From assembly GCA_963677485.1 (NCBI GenBank), contig OY781964.1, positions 2,880,001 to 2,944,000 of the forward strand: DNA of 64,000 nt, read 5' to 3'. Below are positions 36,540 through 50,945 of the stretch, in pieces. The notes below the pieces were generated by a model. The model searched no databases, was not told the origin of the DNA, and worked only from the letters and a program-made list of their open reading frames with translations. Both the position numbers and the translations under genes were made by a program. This DNA is from Armatimonadota bacterium. GTDB taxonomy: Bacteria > Armatimonadota > HRBIN16. Numbering within the stretch: position 1 is the first letter of the stretch; every line of letters starts with the position of its first letter.

Positions 36540-37640
36540 CTAGAACGAAATCTGCAGGTTGTTGATCAGCATATCGGTCTTCATGCCGATGGCGGGGTTG
36601 CTGTGGACGAAGTTCATTTGCCACAGCATGTTGTCTTTCATGTAGTGGTTCACGCCCAGTGTGTATTCATTAATGTTGTCTGATGCGGCCCAGCGGTTGG
36701 GGTCGTACTGATCCCATCGAGTCACAACTTCCCAGGCGGGGTTAATGCGTTTAGCAGCCAGCGCATAGAACCCGCAAGGTTCGGCTTTGGCTATGCCGTC
36801 ACCTCTCCGTGCTTCGTAGATTTCACTTCGCAGCGTCCAGTCCTTGTCCTTGTACTGAAGCTCAGCAGCAAGGCGGTTATCGGGGCTGCGGTCGGTGTTT
36901 TTCCAGCCCATGTATCCGCTGGTGCCGATGCTCCAGGCTTTGCCAGGGGTGGACACGAGACGAACAGCCATGTCTTTCACATCGTTGTTGTCCATGGTGT
37001 TCTGGCCGCTGCCATTGACCACACCAATACCGATGCTGCCGTCTTTGCCTGATTTGTTAAGGTAAGCACCGAGCTCATACTGCATATCGATGCCTTTGAG
37101 GGTCATCATACTGCGTTCGGTCGTCTCCACTTTACTGGAGGACATCAATGCCTCATATCCAAATGGCACTTTCTGCTGGCCAAGGGTGAGTTTCCAGCCA
37201 TCAGCCACGGGCAGTGCTGCCCAGGCTTCCATCAGCATTCGACTCGACTGGTCCATTTCCAGAGTGGTGTTGTTGTATTTCAGATCGCGGGCAGGGTCTA
37301 TCTGCAGGCGCCAATCTGTGGAGCCTATGGAACCATCGAACGTGATGTAAGCCCGTCGGATGCGGAAGGAATCCGCCTTGACATGGTCCGCGCGGTCGCT
37401 GCGGTTATCGACGGTCAGGAAGTTTTGGATATAGCCGCTCACCTTGATGGTGTCTTTGGCTGGTGCTTGCACGGGGTTGTTATTCTTCGGTGTCTTCTTG
37501 AGAGCCGTTATCTCTTTTTGGATCGCCTGCAACTGCATTTCAAGCTGATCGATTCTTTTGTCGGTACCTGTATCGGCTGAAAGCATAGTGCATGAGGCAA
37601 TCATCAAGAGACTGAGTGCGGCACTTGTAATCTTGTTCAT
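36540..37640 (-). CDS. Outer-membrane porin (OprO/OprP-like)
   Basis: Signal peptide, coiled coil, FRIRRAY, GQQKVPFGYE, C-terminal QISF; start at ATG 37640 with AGGA RBS. Confidence 0.85.
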   Translation of the reverse strand: MNKITSAALSLLMIASCTMLSADTGTDKRIDQLEMQLQAIQKEITALKKTPKNNNPVQAPAKDTIKVSGYIQNFLTVDNRSDRADHVKADSFRIRRAYITFDGSIGSTDWRLQIDPARDLKYNNTTLEMDQSSRMLMEAWAALPVADGWKLTLGQQKVPFGYEALMSSSKVETTERSMMTLKGIDMQYELGAYLNKSGKDGSIGIGVVNGSGQNTMDNNDVKDMAVRLVSTPGKAWSIGTSGYMGWKNTDRSPDNRLAAELQYKDKDWTLRSEIYEARRGDGIAKAEPCGFYALAAKRINPAWEVVTRWDQYDPNRWAASDNINEYTLGVNHYMKDNMLWQMNFVHSNPAIGMKTDMLINNLQISF

Positions 37641-37870
37641 AGCTGTTCCTTTTTGAGAGTGAGGGAATTCCCCATAGATATTGATAGCTTTATGTACAGA
37701 GAAATGCAAATCTGAGGTTCGATAAGCTGATCGAAATCATAATATATGGCCTAAATGGGATGGTGGATGAGCCAGATGGAAATGGATATTCGAGAATCGG
37801 CATTCTTGTTGCATAAATAGTAGAAATATGTGTATATAATAAAGTATATCTTTCCGCAGAGGTGTTGCCA

Positions 37871-38365
37871 ATGTATCCGAAACCAAGTGCCAAACCATCA
37901 CCTGCGATGTTGGAACAAATCGCCGACCAGTTACTGAAATCGACACCCGACCACAATGCATTGACAGAAGAGCAAATGAGACGCAGACGACGACAGGAGC
38001 GTGATAGCCTTAAAAAGTATGTTTGTCAGTCAGACCCCACCCTTGATGCCATGAACTACCTGAAACACCAGGAGCTGATGCTGGTGGTGACCCGAGCACG
38101 CCTAAACACGAGGCAGAAAAAGATGGTGATGCTTCTGCTGCAAGACCTCAGTGTTCAAGAGGCTGGGGCACAGATGGGTATCAAGCGCAGCTATGCCTAC
38201 GAGCTCTATCACCAGGTGGTGAGCCGGCTTAGGGAGGTTTGGCTCCATGCGCCGGTCACGGGACTGGCCAGCAGCTACTGCCGCGACATCAACCGGCGTT
38301 ATGCGCGGAAAAGCTGTTTCCGTCACCGGGATCAGGATCCGGGTGACCGATCGGGCGATGTATAG
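37871..38365 (+). CDS. Hypothetical protein with sigma70 region-4/LuxR-like HTH
   Basis: ARLNTRQKKMVMLLLQDLSVQEAGAQMGIKRSYAYELY; GAGGTG RBS. Confidence 0.7.
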   Translation: MYPKPSAKPSPAMLEQIADQLLKSTPDHNALTEEQMRRRRRQERDSLKKYVCQSDPTLDAMNYLKHQELMLVVTRARLNTRQKKMVMLLLQDLSVQEAGAQMGIKRSYAYELYHQVVSRLREVWLHAPVTGLASSYCRDINRRYARKSCFRHRDQDPGDRSGDV

Positions 38366-38405
38366 GAGCTAGGTCTTGGGCTATTAGCCAAACCGCATCG
38401 GAGAC

Positions 38406-38557
38406 TTGTCTGAACCACGGATGACACGGATGGGCTCGGATAGGTTCGGATGGAGAGGAGAGGCCAACCAGGAGATTGGCGTTCCCAAGGGAAACCCCAT
38501 GCGTTGGCATTCCATCCGTGTCATCCTGTCAATCCGCGTGATCCGTGGTTCAGACAA
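38406..38557. repeat. About 150 bp element with 17 bp perfect terminal inverted repeats
   Basis: ttgtctgaaccacggat ... atccgtggttcagacaa; internal gccaaccaggagattggcg palindrome. Confidence 0.85.
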
Positions 38558-38734
38558 CAACCCGTCTTTGCGTTGAATCCCTCTCCAGGCTAACCGCCAA
38601 ACCGCGCCGGACACCGGATACATTGATTCTAGCTCCATCACAAGCTGGTAAAAAATTGGTAAGATATAAACGAAGAGTTGCGTACTTGCGAGTGCGCTTC
38701 ATTATTAAAATATCCAGGAGGTCATCAGCTCAAC

Positions 38735-40216
38735 ATGGCTGAGAAGGTATATATCGCAGCGGATCTTGGTGCAGAGAGCGGCCGTGCCATCGCCGGTAAA
38801 TTCGATGGTGACAAACTAAGTCTTGAGGTAGCTCATCGCTTCATGAATATCCCGCTGCGCCTGCCCAACGCTTTGAGTTGGAATACAGGCCACCTGTATG
38901 CGGAAATTCTTTCGGGTATCAAAACAATAGTCTCGACATATGGTGATGGCGTTCAGTCCGTCAGCGTAGATACCTGGGGCGTGGATTTCGGCCTGCTCGA
39001 TAAGTCGGGTGCGCTGATGACCATGCCTGTTCACTACCGTGACAAGCGTAATGTACTGGCTTTCGACGAGCTGCGGCAGAAGCTGGGCGACTCGATGATA
39101 TACGACGCCACCGGCCTTCAGTTCATGCCATTCAACTCACTCTATCAGCTTTATGCCATGACAAAGAACCAGATGGACGTGCTGCAGGATGCCAACAAGC
39201 TGCTGTTCATGCCCGATATCTTCCATTATTGGCTGAGCGGAGTGGGTGTAGCGGAAAGCACCATCGCCAGCACCTCGAACCTGGTTGATCCACGCACCGG
39301 TAAATGGGCGACGGATCTTATTGAGGCCGCCGGTATTCCGACCCACTTCTTGCCTGAGCTGGTTAAACCGGGCACTATCCTGGGTGATGTTCGCGATGAC
39401 GTGGTGTTTGACACCAAAGCTAGTGGTGTGAAGGTCGTGGTGCCTGGATCGCACGACACCGCCAGTGCAGTGGCCGCGGTGCCTGTTGCCGATGGCGACC
39501 GTGACTATGTCTTCATGAGCTCCGGCACCTGGTCGTTGATGGGCATGGAGCTGGACAGCCCCATCATCAACGCAGATAGCCGCCGGCTGAACTTCACCAA
39601 CGAAGGCGGGGTGGAGAACACCATCCGCTTCCTGAGGAACATCTCAGGGCTGTGGCTGGTTCAAGAGCTGCGCCGTGGTTACGAGCGTGATGGTGAAGTT
39701 TACAACTACACCGAACTCACTCAGATGGCCGCCGAAGCACCGGAGTTCCGCAGCCTGGTGGACCCCGATGATATGAGCTTCATGGCACCGCAGGACATGC
39801 GCGCCGCTGTGGCGGAGTTCTGCCAGAACAGCGGTCAGCCGGTACCTAACACACCCGGTCAGTTCAACCGTGCCGTGCAGGAGAGCCTGGCGATGCGCTA
39901 CCGATGGGTTGTGGAGCGGCTGCGTGAGCTGACGGGCAAGAAATTGCCGACCCTGCACATTGTGGGCGGCGGCACCCAGAACAAGCTGCTGTGCCAGTTT
40001 ACCGCCAACGCCACCGGATGCCGTGTGGTGGCTGGCCCTGTTGAGGCCACCGCAGCCGGTAACGTGCTAATTCAGATGATGGCGATGGGTGATGTGAAGA
40101 GCCTGAGTGAGGGCCGCGAGCTCATCCGACGCTCGTTTGAGGTTCACGAATACCTGCCCAAATCCCAGGAGAAGTGGGATGCCGCCTACGAACGCTGGAT
40201 GAAGATCGCCAAGTAG
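38735..40216 (+). CDS. rhaB: Rhamnulokinase (FGGY family)
   Basis: ADLGAESGR, DTWGVDFGLLD, GSHDTASAV, SSGTWSLMG, NFTNEGG, GPVEATA. Confidence 0.92.
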   Translation: MAEKVYIAADLGAESGRAIAGKFDGDKLSLEVAHRFMNIPLRLPNALSWNTGHLYAEILSGIKTIVSTYGDGVQSVSVDTWGVDFGLLDKSGALMTMPVHYRDKRNVLAFDELRQKLGDSMIYDATGLQFMPFNSLYQLYAMTKNQMDVLQDANKLLFMPDIFHYWLSGVGVAESTIASTSNLVDPRTGKWATDLIEAAGIPTHFLPELVKPGTILGDVRDDVVFDTKASGVKVVVPGSHDTASAVAAVPVADGDRDYVFMSSGTWSLMGMELDSPIINADSRRLNFTNEGGVENTIRFLRNISGLWLVQELRRGYERDGEVYNYTELTQMAAEAPEFRSLVDPDDMSFMAPQDMRAAVAEFCQNSGQPVPNTPGQFNRAVQESLAMRYRWVVERLRELTGKKLPTLHIVGGGTQNKLLCQFTANATGCRVVAGPVEATAAGNVLIQMMAMGDVKSLSEGRELIRRSFEVHEYLPKSQEKWDAAYERWMKIAK

Positions 40217-40230
40217 ACGCTTCAATGACC

Positions 40231-40271
40231 AACAGCCCCAGGCCCCGGCCTGGGGCTGTTTTGTTTTTTTT
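40231..40271 (+). terminator. Intrinsic terminator after rhaB
   Basis: aacagccccaggc...gcctggggctgtt followed by a T-run. Confidence 0.85.
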
Positions 40272-40279
40272 GGGGTTGG

Positions 40280-40515
40280 TATCCACAGATGACGCAGATG
40301 ACGCAGATTGGATTGCTACCGCCTAAGTCCGGGGCGGTCTGGCGGATAGCCCCTGGGAACGCCAATCTCCCGATTGGCCATCCCCTCCCATCCCCATCCG
40401 CGTTCATTTGCGGCTCAATAGCCCCTACCGGACAAGTAGGATGAGTAAGACGAGTAGGACAATGGTTGGCTTGCCCCTCGCCATCCGAACCCATCCGTGG
40501 AATCCGTGGTTCAGA
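40280..40515. repeat. Composite short-period repeat cluster
   Basis: atccacagatgacgcagatgacgcagatt, gcctaagtccggggcggtctgg, ggaacgccaatctcccgattggcc, ggacaagtaggatgagta, atccgtggttcaga. Confidence 0.85.
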
Positions 40516-40531
40516 AAATCCCCCGCCACTG

Positions 40532-43500
40532 TCAATCGCCTAATGCGCGCCGGACCATGGTAGACAACTCACTCATGGAAAACGGCTTCTGGATGAAATA
40601 CATCCCTTCCTCAACTTTTCCCTGGTGAGCAATCACATCGGAGGTGTATCCTGACATAAACAGACGCCCCATGCCAGGATAGTATGACAGCAGATTCCTG
40701 GCCAGATCGCGGCCATTCATCTCGGGCATCACCACATCGGTGAGCAAAAGGTTGATTTCGCCATGGTGCCGCTTGGCCAGCTCGGTCGCTTCACCAGGGG
40801 AGGCCGCGGCAATGACATTGTAGCCCAGGCGTTCCAGCATCTTCTTTGCCAATCTGAGTATAGACGTTTCATCCTCTACCAGCAGTATGGTTTCGTGACC
40901 GCATATGGTGGGGACTGTTGTTATCCCTTCCAGCAACTCCTTGGTAATATGTTTGAACCTTGGGATATAGACGCTGAAAAGAGTACCATGGCCCAGCTCA
41001 CTATAGACGTTGATGAAGCCGTCATTTTGTTTTACCGCACCATACACGCTGGCAAGTCCCAATCCGGTACCTTCGCCTACACCTTTGGTGGTAAAGAACG
41101 GTTCAAAAACATGGGTTAAAATGTCCTTGCTCATCCCGCATCCGCTATCATTGACTGTCAAGCGCACAAAATCCCCAGGTTCGAAGCCTGTATGAATCGC
41201 ACAATAGGATTCGTCTATCGTGATATTGTTGGTCTCGATTTGCACTTGACCCACATCGGCGATAGAATCGCGAGCGTTCACGCACAAGTTGGCTAGTATC
41301 TGGTTTACTTGAGAAGGATCCATCTTCACCCTCCATATATCAGCCGAGGGCTTCCACATGAGCTGCACATTTTCGCCGACCATCCGTTCCAGCATCTTTA
41401 ACATGCCCGCGATGGTCTCATTCAAATCCAGTTCTTTAGGCTGCACGGTCTGTTTTCGAGCGAAAGCGAGAAGCTGTCTGGTGAGTTCCGCAGATCGTTC
41501 CGCAGCTAGTTTGATTTCGGTTAGGTCTTCATACAGTGGTAGGGTGGGATCCAATCCATCCATAGCCATCTGTGTGTGCCCGATAATCACGCCCAGCATA
41601 TTGTTGAAATCATGTGCCACACCGCCTGCAAGACGGCCCACGGTCTCCATCTTCTGGGCCTGCTGTAGTTGGGTCTCAAGCGCGACTCGGACTTCCTCTG
41701 CCTTTTTTCGAGCGGTGATATCGTGGTAAAAAACAACTATCTGTCCGTCCCCAGTTGGATCATACTTGATGCTGATCTCTAAATCGCATATGGTGCCGTC
41801 CTTGCGCCGGTGCTGCGATTCGAACCGCATTTCACCTAGTTTTATAAGCTCATCGTGACGGGCATCGATCTCTCCTACTGAGTCAATCGCCTCCAGGTCA
41901 GATATGCGCATTGACAATAACTCCTGTGCGCTATAACCGATCATCCGGCAATAAGCCTCATTTACATCCAACACTTGCCCCTGCATATTGGCTAGCAAGA
42001 AGCCGTCCATGGCTGTCTGAAGTATGGTTCGATGCCAATCATCGCTTTGTTTTAGCTTTGCCTCCGCTTGAATGCGCATCATCGCAGACCCGATGTGAGC
42101 AGCGATACCTTCCATCATTTCGACAGTCTCAAGCGTAAACCGACCTTTCCTCTTGTCGTTAAGTTGAATGAGCCCCACTATGGTTTCTTGGATTTTGATG
42201 GGCACTAACGCCACCGATGCGTAGTTTTGGTGGATGCAGTTGTTTCGCGGGCGGTTCCTGGGCTCCTGATCAGGCGTCAGCTCCAGCAAAGGGAAGGAAT
42301 CATTCACCCAGAAGCTGCCGCCGCGTGTCATGAGCGGATGAGCCGGGTCAGTTCTGCCGGATATCACCAGTCCGCAGGTACACTCCAGGCTGATATTCCC
42401 ATCGCAGTCGCGGCACACACCACCGTCGGCTCCACGCTCAATCAATGAGTTTTCCGTCAACAAAAAATCGGATGAAAATCCGTCTTGAACGAAATAGGGG
42501 TAGTCATCGCCGTCCTGCAGCCTGATCCCTACTGCGTCAAACCCGGTGTGCGACTTTATGGAGCCCAACACACGCTGGATGGTCTTTGGGAAAGGTGCCG
42601 AATCATTCAGGATTTTGAGCACATCAATGCTCATTTCACGGTAGATTTCTGCTTGCTTGTGTTCTGTGATGTCGCGTATGACAACGAGAATCCTGGTCTG
42701 ACCCGCAATCTGGGTTCTGCGCATGGTGTTCTCTGTGTAGAAGAGCTCTCCCGTATTCTTTTTCGATAACCACTCATACACGGGTGTCTGCCCCTCCATC
42801 GCTCGCTGGAGGTATGGTTGTGCTTCATCTAGTGTGTATGGGTGCGCATTTGCACTTAACTCGCCAGTTTTGCAGTTCCGTGCTTCTTCCTTTGAGCTAA
42901 AACCATACATTCTGAGCATAGCGTTATTGACATCCAGTATTTGCCAGGTTACAGGATCGTGGATGATCATGGCATCCACTGCGGCATCAAAGATATCGTG
43001 GTATCTTGTTACACTCTGCCGCATAGCCTCCTCTTCCAGTTTACGCTGGGTGATGTCGCTTATCACCACTCGGCAGACGGCCGAGCCGCCGGTATCTTGC
43101 GTAGTCGTGGCTTCCAAACGCACCCAGAACGATTTGCGGTCATACGTTAACATCCGCAGTTCGCACAGTTGCGGATCACCACTGCTAAAAAGCTGTTTGC
43201 GGTGCAGGTAGTAGATGTCCTGATCTTCAGGGTGAATGAATTTGCTTAATGGCCGTTTGATCAGTTGTTCGCGGGTTGTGGCCAGTAACTTCACGGCGGT
43301 GAGGTTGGCCTCGAGGATGATGCCTTGATCATTGACCGTGCAATAGCCCACAGGGGCCAGATCATATAGGTCGATATAGCGAGCGCGCGAGGCGTCCAGT
43401 TCCGATTGCGTCCTGCGCAGCTCATCGTTCTGCATTTCCAGCTCAATCTGGTGTACCTGCAGCTCATGCACTGTTCTGGCGATTTGCTCGGGAGACAGGG

Positions 43501-43599
43501 ATGCCGTGTTTCCTGGCAAAAGTGCCTCATTAGCTAGCGACTTCTCCTCGGCAATCCGACGCATCGCGGCGGCCTGTTCGGACCGGTCATCAATATTGC

Positions 43600-43603
<4 letters not shown>
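40532..43603 (-). CDS. Hybrid sensor histidine kinase (coiled coil, PAS-PAS-GAF-PAS, HisKA, HATPase, receiver)
   Basis: [25 protein letters not shown]...[19 protein letters not shown]. Confidence 0.95.
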
Positions 43604-46662
<3,059 letters not shown>

Positions 46663-46851
46663 ATGAAGCCTCCCGTTTATTTAAATGCCCGGCTAAATCG
46701 GGGCATAAAAAGCATCATATGTTGGGAAATCAATCCGATTATCTCATATGTGTATGTCATATGGTACCTGTTATTAGTTCATGAAATGTGGATTTACGAT
46801 GGAACCAAAGACGGGGGGGAACTATACCTATGAGGTGGTTATGTAAACGGT

Positions 46852-46895
46852 GTAGGGGCGTGGTCTCCGTGCCCAGGGCGTGGAGACCACGCCCC
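46852..46895 (+). repeat. GTAG-type REP palindrome
   Basis: GTAGGGGCGTGGTCTCCGTGCCCAGGGCGTGGAGACCACGCCCC. Confidence 0.75.
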
Positions 46896-46954
46896 TTGTA
46901 CGGTGGCCATATAAACGGTACCGGCACGGAAACGCCGCCCCGGTGGCCATGTGT

Positions 46955-47959
46955 CTATCGCGCGGCTAACTCCGCATATTCGCGGTAGAGGCGCAGATAT
47001 TGCTGGTAATCGGCGAAGCTGCAGCCTGGAGGGGTCTGGTGGTCCACGCCCACCACATAGCCGCCGGACTTCATCGCGGGCATTAGCCGCTCGAACTCCT
47101 GCCGCACGCGGGCCTCACCCAGGTGCATCACGGTCTTGTCATACCCGCCCAGCATTAGGAACTCGGGGTGGTCCTGCCGAATCTGGTTGACATCAACTCC
47201 TGCCATCCGCTCCAAGGGGAGAATGCCCTCGATGCCCGACTCTTTGAACCACTTGATGGGCTCCGTGACATCGCCATCGGAGTCGGCAAACACCAGCACG
47301 CCGGCTTCCTTCAACTGGGGTACGATCTGCAGGTAGTAGGGGTGCATGAACTCGTCATACATCTTGCGGCTGAGCATGGGACCGTGGTTGTAGCTCATAT
47401 CCTCGGCGAAGGTCATGATATCCGGGGTGATGATCTTGAGTACCTTCTCCAGTTGCCGTTGATGGTGTTCGACCAGCCCCTGGTTCATCTCATGCATGAT
47501 TTCGGGCTCATCCAGCAGCGCGAAAAGATGCTCCTCGATGCCAAACAGGGTGCGCGGGAACCAGAAGAAGCCTTCCATTACCATCCAGATAATCGCACCT
47601 TCGGCCTGCAGACCCGCAAGATATTGCGCATACTCGGTGGAGAACCCTTCCTCGGGAAAGAGGTATTTCTGGAACTCAGGCCAGTCCGATGCGCTGGGCA
47701 TCAGCGGTGCGCTGTGTCCGGTGTATGGCGGGCACTCCGGCCGTCGTGAGCCAATACCCAGGCAGCAGAACAGGTCAAGTCCTAGCTGACGCTGAAGCTC
47801 GATGCCGGCGTTCTCGGTGGGCATCACCAGCCCCTCTTCTTGCCAGCGGTTGGTGGTGAGGTGCCACCATGGGGCCCATTCCACCATGGGAAGGCGGTCG
47901 ACATCCTGAAAGCTCATGGTTCGTTTGAAGCGCTCGCGTGCGGTGAGTTCTGGGCTCAT
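46955..47959 (-). CDS. Uroporphyrinogen decarboxylase/cobalamin-methyltransferase (URO-D/MtaA) superfamily protein
   Basis: TARERF...VDRLP, FAEDMSYNHGPMLS, DSDGD, GGYDK, SGGYVVGVDH. Confidence 0.88.
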   Translation of the reverse strand: MSPELTARERFKRTMSFQDVDRLPMVEWAPWWHLTTNRWQEEGLVMPTENAGIELQRQLGLDLFCCLGIGSRRPECPPYTGHSAPLMPSASDWPEFQKYLFPEEGFSTEYAQYLAGLQAEGAIIWMVMEGFFWFPRTLFGIEEHLFALLDEPEIMHEMNQGLVEHHQRQLEKVLKIITPDIMTFAEDMSYNHGPMLSRKMYDEFMHPYYLQIVPQLKEAGVLVFADSDGDVTEPIKWFKESGIEGILPLERMAGVDVNQIRQDHPEFLMLGGYDKTVMHLGEARVRQEFERLMPAMKSGGYVVGVDHQTPPGCSFADYQQYLRLYREYAELAAR

Positions 47960-48207
47960 GATATAGAGGTACTCCTGTGCTAGATAGTGTCTCGCATCCC
48001 ATTATGGGCTGTGTGCCGGATACATATTATAACAACCGTGCGGTTGCGTGGGGTTTTAGTGGCATACGGTGCGGCAGATGCCACACGGAACCTGGTCTAG
48101 GTATGTTCGTTGTATACACAACCTTGTGTGAGGCGTGGAAGTCGCCCGCTCTGGTGGTATAACTAATTGGATCCATGCACTCCATCACCTTACGCCAAGA
48201 GGCATAT

Positions 48208-49977
48208 ATGAAACTGTCTGTATCGATGTTGTTATTGTGCCTCCTGGTCAGTCATGCGTTTGCGGGTGAACGGATACATACGTTTGACACAACCATCACG
48301 CTGCGTACCGACGGCTCCGTGCTGGTACGCGAGAAAATCACACTGAGCTCCAATGCGGAGACGGTAAGGTATGGGATCACGCGAGAGTTGCCGAATGTCG
48401 TGCGTGGAGACTGGGGCCGCAGGATAAAGCTACCCTTAAAGGTCACGCGGGTGATGGTTGATGGCCGCAAGATGCCCATCTATACCCGCCAGATAGATAA
48501 CCGTCTGAGCGTGGTGATGGGCGATGCACTGGTGGAAATGCCCCCGGGGGAGCATCATTTCGAGCTGGACTATGAGCTCCAGCAGATGGTCAGCTGCTCT
48601 CATGGGTTAGATGAACTGTCTTGGAACGCGACTGGCGACCGTATCATACTGCCCATCGAACACGCAAGTGTGACGGTCGATTTGCCTCTATCGGTGACCG
48701 CCGGGCAGGTTGAGACGGCTGCATACACAGGCTCGTATGGCCGTCTCGACCGCAGCATCAAGCTGCTGACAGCCGGCGAACATAAGCTGATGATCAGCAC
48801 CACCCACACGCTAGACCCCCAGGAGGTATTCAGCGTGGTGCTGCGCTGGTCGCAGGGGTTAGTGACGGCGCGTCCGTCTGAAAATGGTGCGGCACTGAGT
48901 GCGGTGGGCCTATTACTTTGGATGGCGGCCACTTTCGGCGCTTTTGTATATCTCATCAGAAGCCATATACGAGCACGGTTGCTCCGCACAAACCATCATG
49001 CCGCGGAGCTATTGTCTGGTATGTCACCAGCCGCCGCGCGGTTTCTGGCGTTAGGTCGAAGCGACGCGAAGGCTCTAGCATGCACTATCATCGATATGGC
49101 TGTCAAGGGGGTTCTTCGCGTTGAGTTACATCGCCGTGGATTTACCTTGCACCGCCTTGGAGAGCATGAATTGACCGGATCGGGTGAACAGCGGCTTATC
49201 CTTGACAGCCTATTGAGCGGCCGCGACAGCTATACGGTGATTCCAAGCTACCAGCATGATGTGCAACGGCTGCTTGGGGAGTTTATGGCCTGCGTGAAAT
49301 ATCGCTGGAGGTTTGCCGTTCGCCAACGCCGTGTGCTCACATCCCTTGTGATGGTATCTGGTGTGGCGTGCTCAGCCATGTGTGTAACCATGTTCGGCCC
49401 CTTCAGCCCGACGTGGGTGGTGGTCACTATCCTTTACTGGTCGGTGTGGGTCTCACTGGTTGGCTGTTTAGCAGTCGGCAGGATGCGCCGGTCATGCCAG
49501 TTCCGGCTGAACGCATTGTCGACACTTGTAAATGTGGTGTTGATGCTGGCTCCTGGTGCAATGGTATGGCACCGCATCCCTGGCGAGTTTGGGCTGGTAT
49601 CTGTCTGCACCATGCTATTATGTGTCAGCATGATGGCGCATGTTTTTTCGAGTTTGCCGACTGCAGAAGGTTTGAGCTGGTTTTCTCGTCTGGCTCAGTT
49701 TCGGTGGGAGTATCATCAGAAACCTCCCACGGAGCAGCACGATTCACCGGCGTACCTGGGCTACCTGTTGGCTGTGGAAATGCATGGTAAAGGGGCCGCC
49801 GAAGCCCAACTGGACTGGCTCACACTGCCGATGGGTCAGAGCAGAATGAACCCTCGTGCCCTCTGTGACAGGCTGACCATGGACATCGCCCATAGCGCTG
49901 TGCAGCCGATCGCACCCGGACGCCGGCGTCTTAAGGCGTTAGGCGACGGTGATGGATTCGCAAGTAGACAACAATAA
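48208..49977 (+). CDS. DUF2207-like membrane protein
   Basis: Signal peptide; DGSVLVREKI...GITRELP; DELSWNATG; SPAAARFL...IIDMAVKG. Confidence 0.82.
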   Translation: MKLSVSMLLLCLLVSHAFAGERIHTFDTTITLRTDGSVLVREKITLSSNAETVRYGITRELPNVVRGDWGRRIKLPLKVTRVMVDGRKMPIYTRQIDNRLSVVMGDALVEMPPGEHHFELDYELQQMVSCSHGLDELSWNATGDRIILPIEHASVTVDLPLSVTAGQVETAAYTGSYGRLDRSIKLLTAGEHKLMISTTHTLDPQEVFSVVLRWSQGLVTARPSENGAALSAVGLLLWMAATFGAFVYLIRSHIRARLLRTNHHAAELLSGMSPAAARFLALGRSDAKALACTIIDMAVKGVLRVELHRRGFTLHRLGEHELTGSGEQRLILDSLLSGRDSYTVIPSYQHDVQRLLGEFMACVKYRWRFAVRQRRVLTSLVMVSGVACSAMCVTMFGPFSPTWVVVTILYWSVWVSLVGCLAVGRMRRSCQFRLNALSTLVNVVLMLAPGAMVWHRIPGEFGLVSVCTMLLCVSMMAHVFSSLPTAEGLSWFSRLAQFRWEYHQKPPTEQHDSPAYLGYLLAVEMHGKGAAEAQLDWLTLPMGQSRMNPRALCDRLTMDIAHSAVQPIAPGRRRLKALGDGDGFASRQQ

Positions 49978-50062
49978 ACCCATCATTCCGATATACTTAA
50001 TATAGAAGAGAAACATCAGCCATATCGACGCGGATGTCTGATCGAAAATGAGAGGAAATGGA

Positions 50063-50506
50063 ATGAAACTATCTACCCGGGCTCGGTACGGACTCAGAGC
50101 GATGCTGGCATTAGCAATGACTGACAGTACGGAGCCTGTGATGACCAGGGAGATCGCGGCGTCACAGAAGCTGCCCGCCACCTATCTTGAGCAGTTGATG
50201 CTAGCTTTGAGGAAGGCGGGTTTGGTCGTGGCCACTCGCGGTTCCAAGGGCGGTTATGTGCTGGCTCATGAGGCAGCCAGTGTCACCGTGGCACAGATCA
50301 TCGAAGCACTGGAAGGCCCCATTGAGATCGCGGATTGCGGCAATGTGGCAGACTGCCCGACCGATTCGGAGCATTGCGCCATACGTAACCTGTACATACA
50401 GGCAAATGATGCCGTGTACAGTGTATTTCGCGCCACAAGCCTGCAGGATCTGGCTGATCAGCAGCAGCGGTACCTTGGCAATGGCAACGTGATGTACTAC
50501 ATCTAG
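50063..50506 (+). CDS. Rrf2 family transcriptional regulator (three Cys, likely Fe-S binding)
   Basis: MKLSTRARYGLRAM, YLEQL, RGSKGGY, C-x5-C-x6-C. Confidence 0.93.
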   Translation: MKLSTRARYGLRAMLALAMTDSTEPVMTREIAASQKLPATYLEQLMLALRKAGLVVATRGSKGGYVLAHEAASVTVAQIIEALEGPIEIADCGNVADCPTDSEHCAIRNLYIQANDAVYSVFRATSLQDLADQQQRYLGNGNVMYYI

Positions 50507-50586
50507 CGAGGGGTTTGGGCCTCAGATAACCCGCCGAAGAGCCTGAGTAACAAACCCAGATCATGAACCCGAGCGTCCCGTCTCTG

Positions 50587-50808
50587 TGCCGCGGGTTTAG
50601 TCACCCCACGGGACTGGCGTCCCTAACCGGGGTTCCCTCACCGCGCGTCTAGATTGTTGCAGCCCGCAAGCGGGCGCAGGGAGTAACCCAACGCCCGCCC
50701 GTACACGGGGCACGTGGTACGGATTCGTAGGGATGGCCCTTGTGGCCATCCGAAATCCCAACGCGAACGATCGCAGGTGTCGAAGCTGCCAGCCGGTTTA
50801 GTCGCCCC
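50587..50808 (+). repeat. Multi-hairpin repeat element copy with embedded GTAG REP
   Basis: tgccgcgggtttagtcacccc...accgcgcgtct...gcagcccgcaagcgggcgcag; second ggtttagtc near 50795. Confidence 0.85.
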
Positions 50809-50847
50809 AGCCAATCACCCACAAATGAACAACAGGTTTATGGCGTC

Positions 50848-50903
50848 CGATTCCGCGACATAAATGTCTCGGCTACTGATCAGCAAGCCTGCTGAAGCAG
50901 TCT
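50848..50903. repeat. Single REP arm (same family as 18519-18665)
   Basis: cgattccgcgacataaatgtctcggctactgatcagcaagcctgctgaagcagtct. Confidence 0.85.
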
Positions 50904-50945
50904 AGGTGCAGCATCGACAACGGCCGCCTGCCAGAACACCACCCG

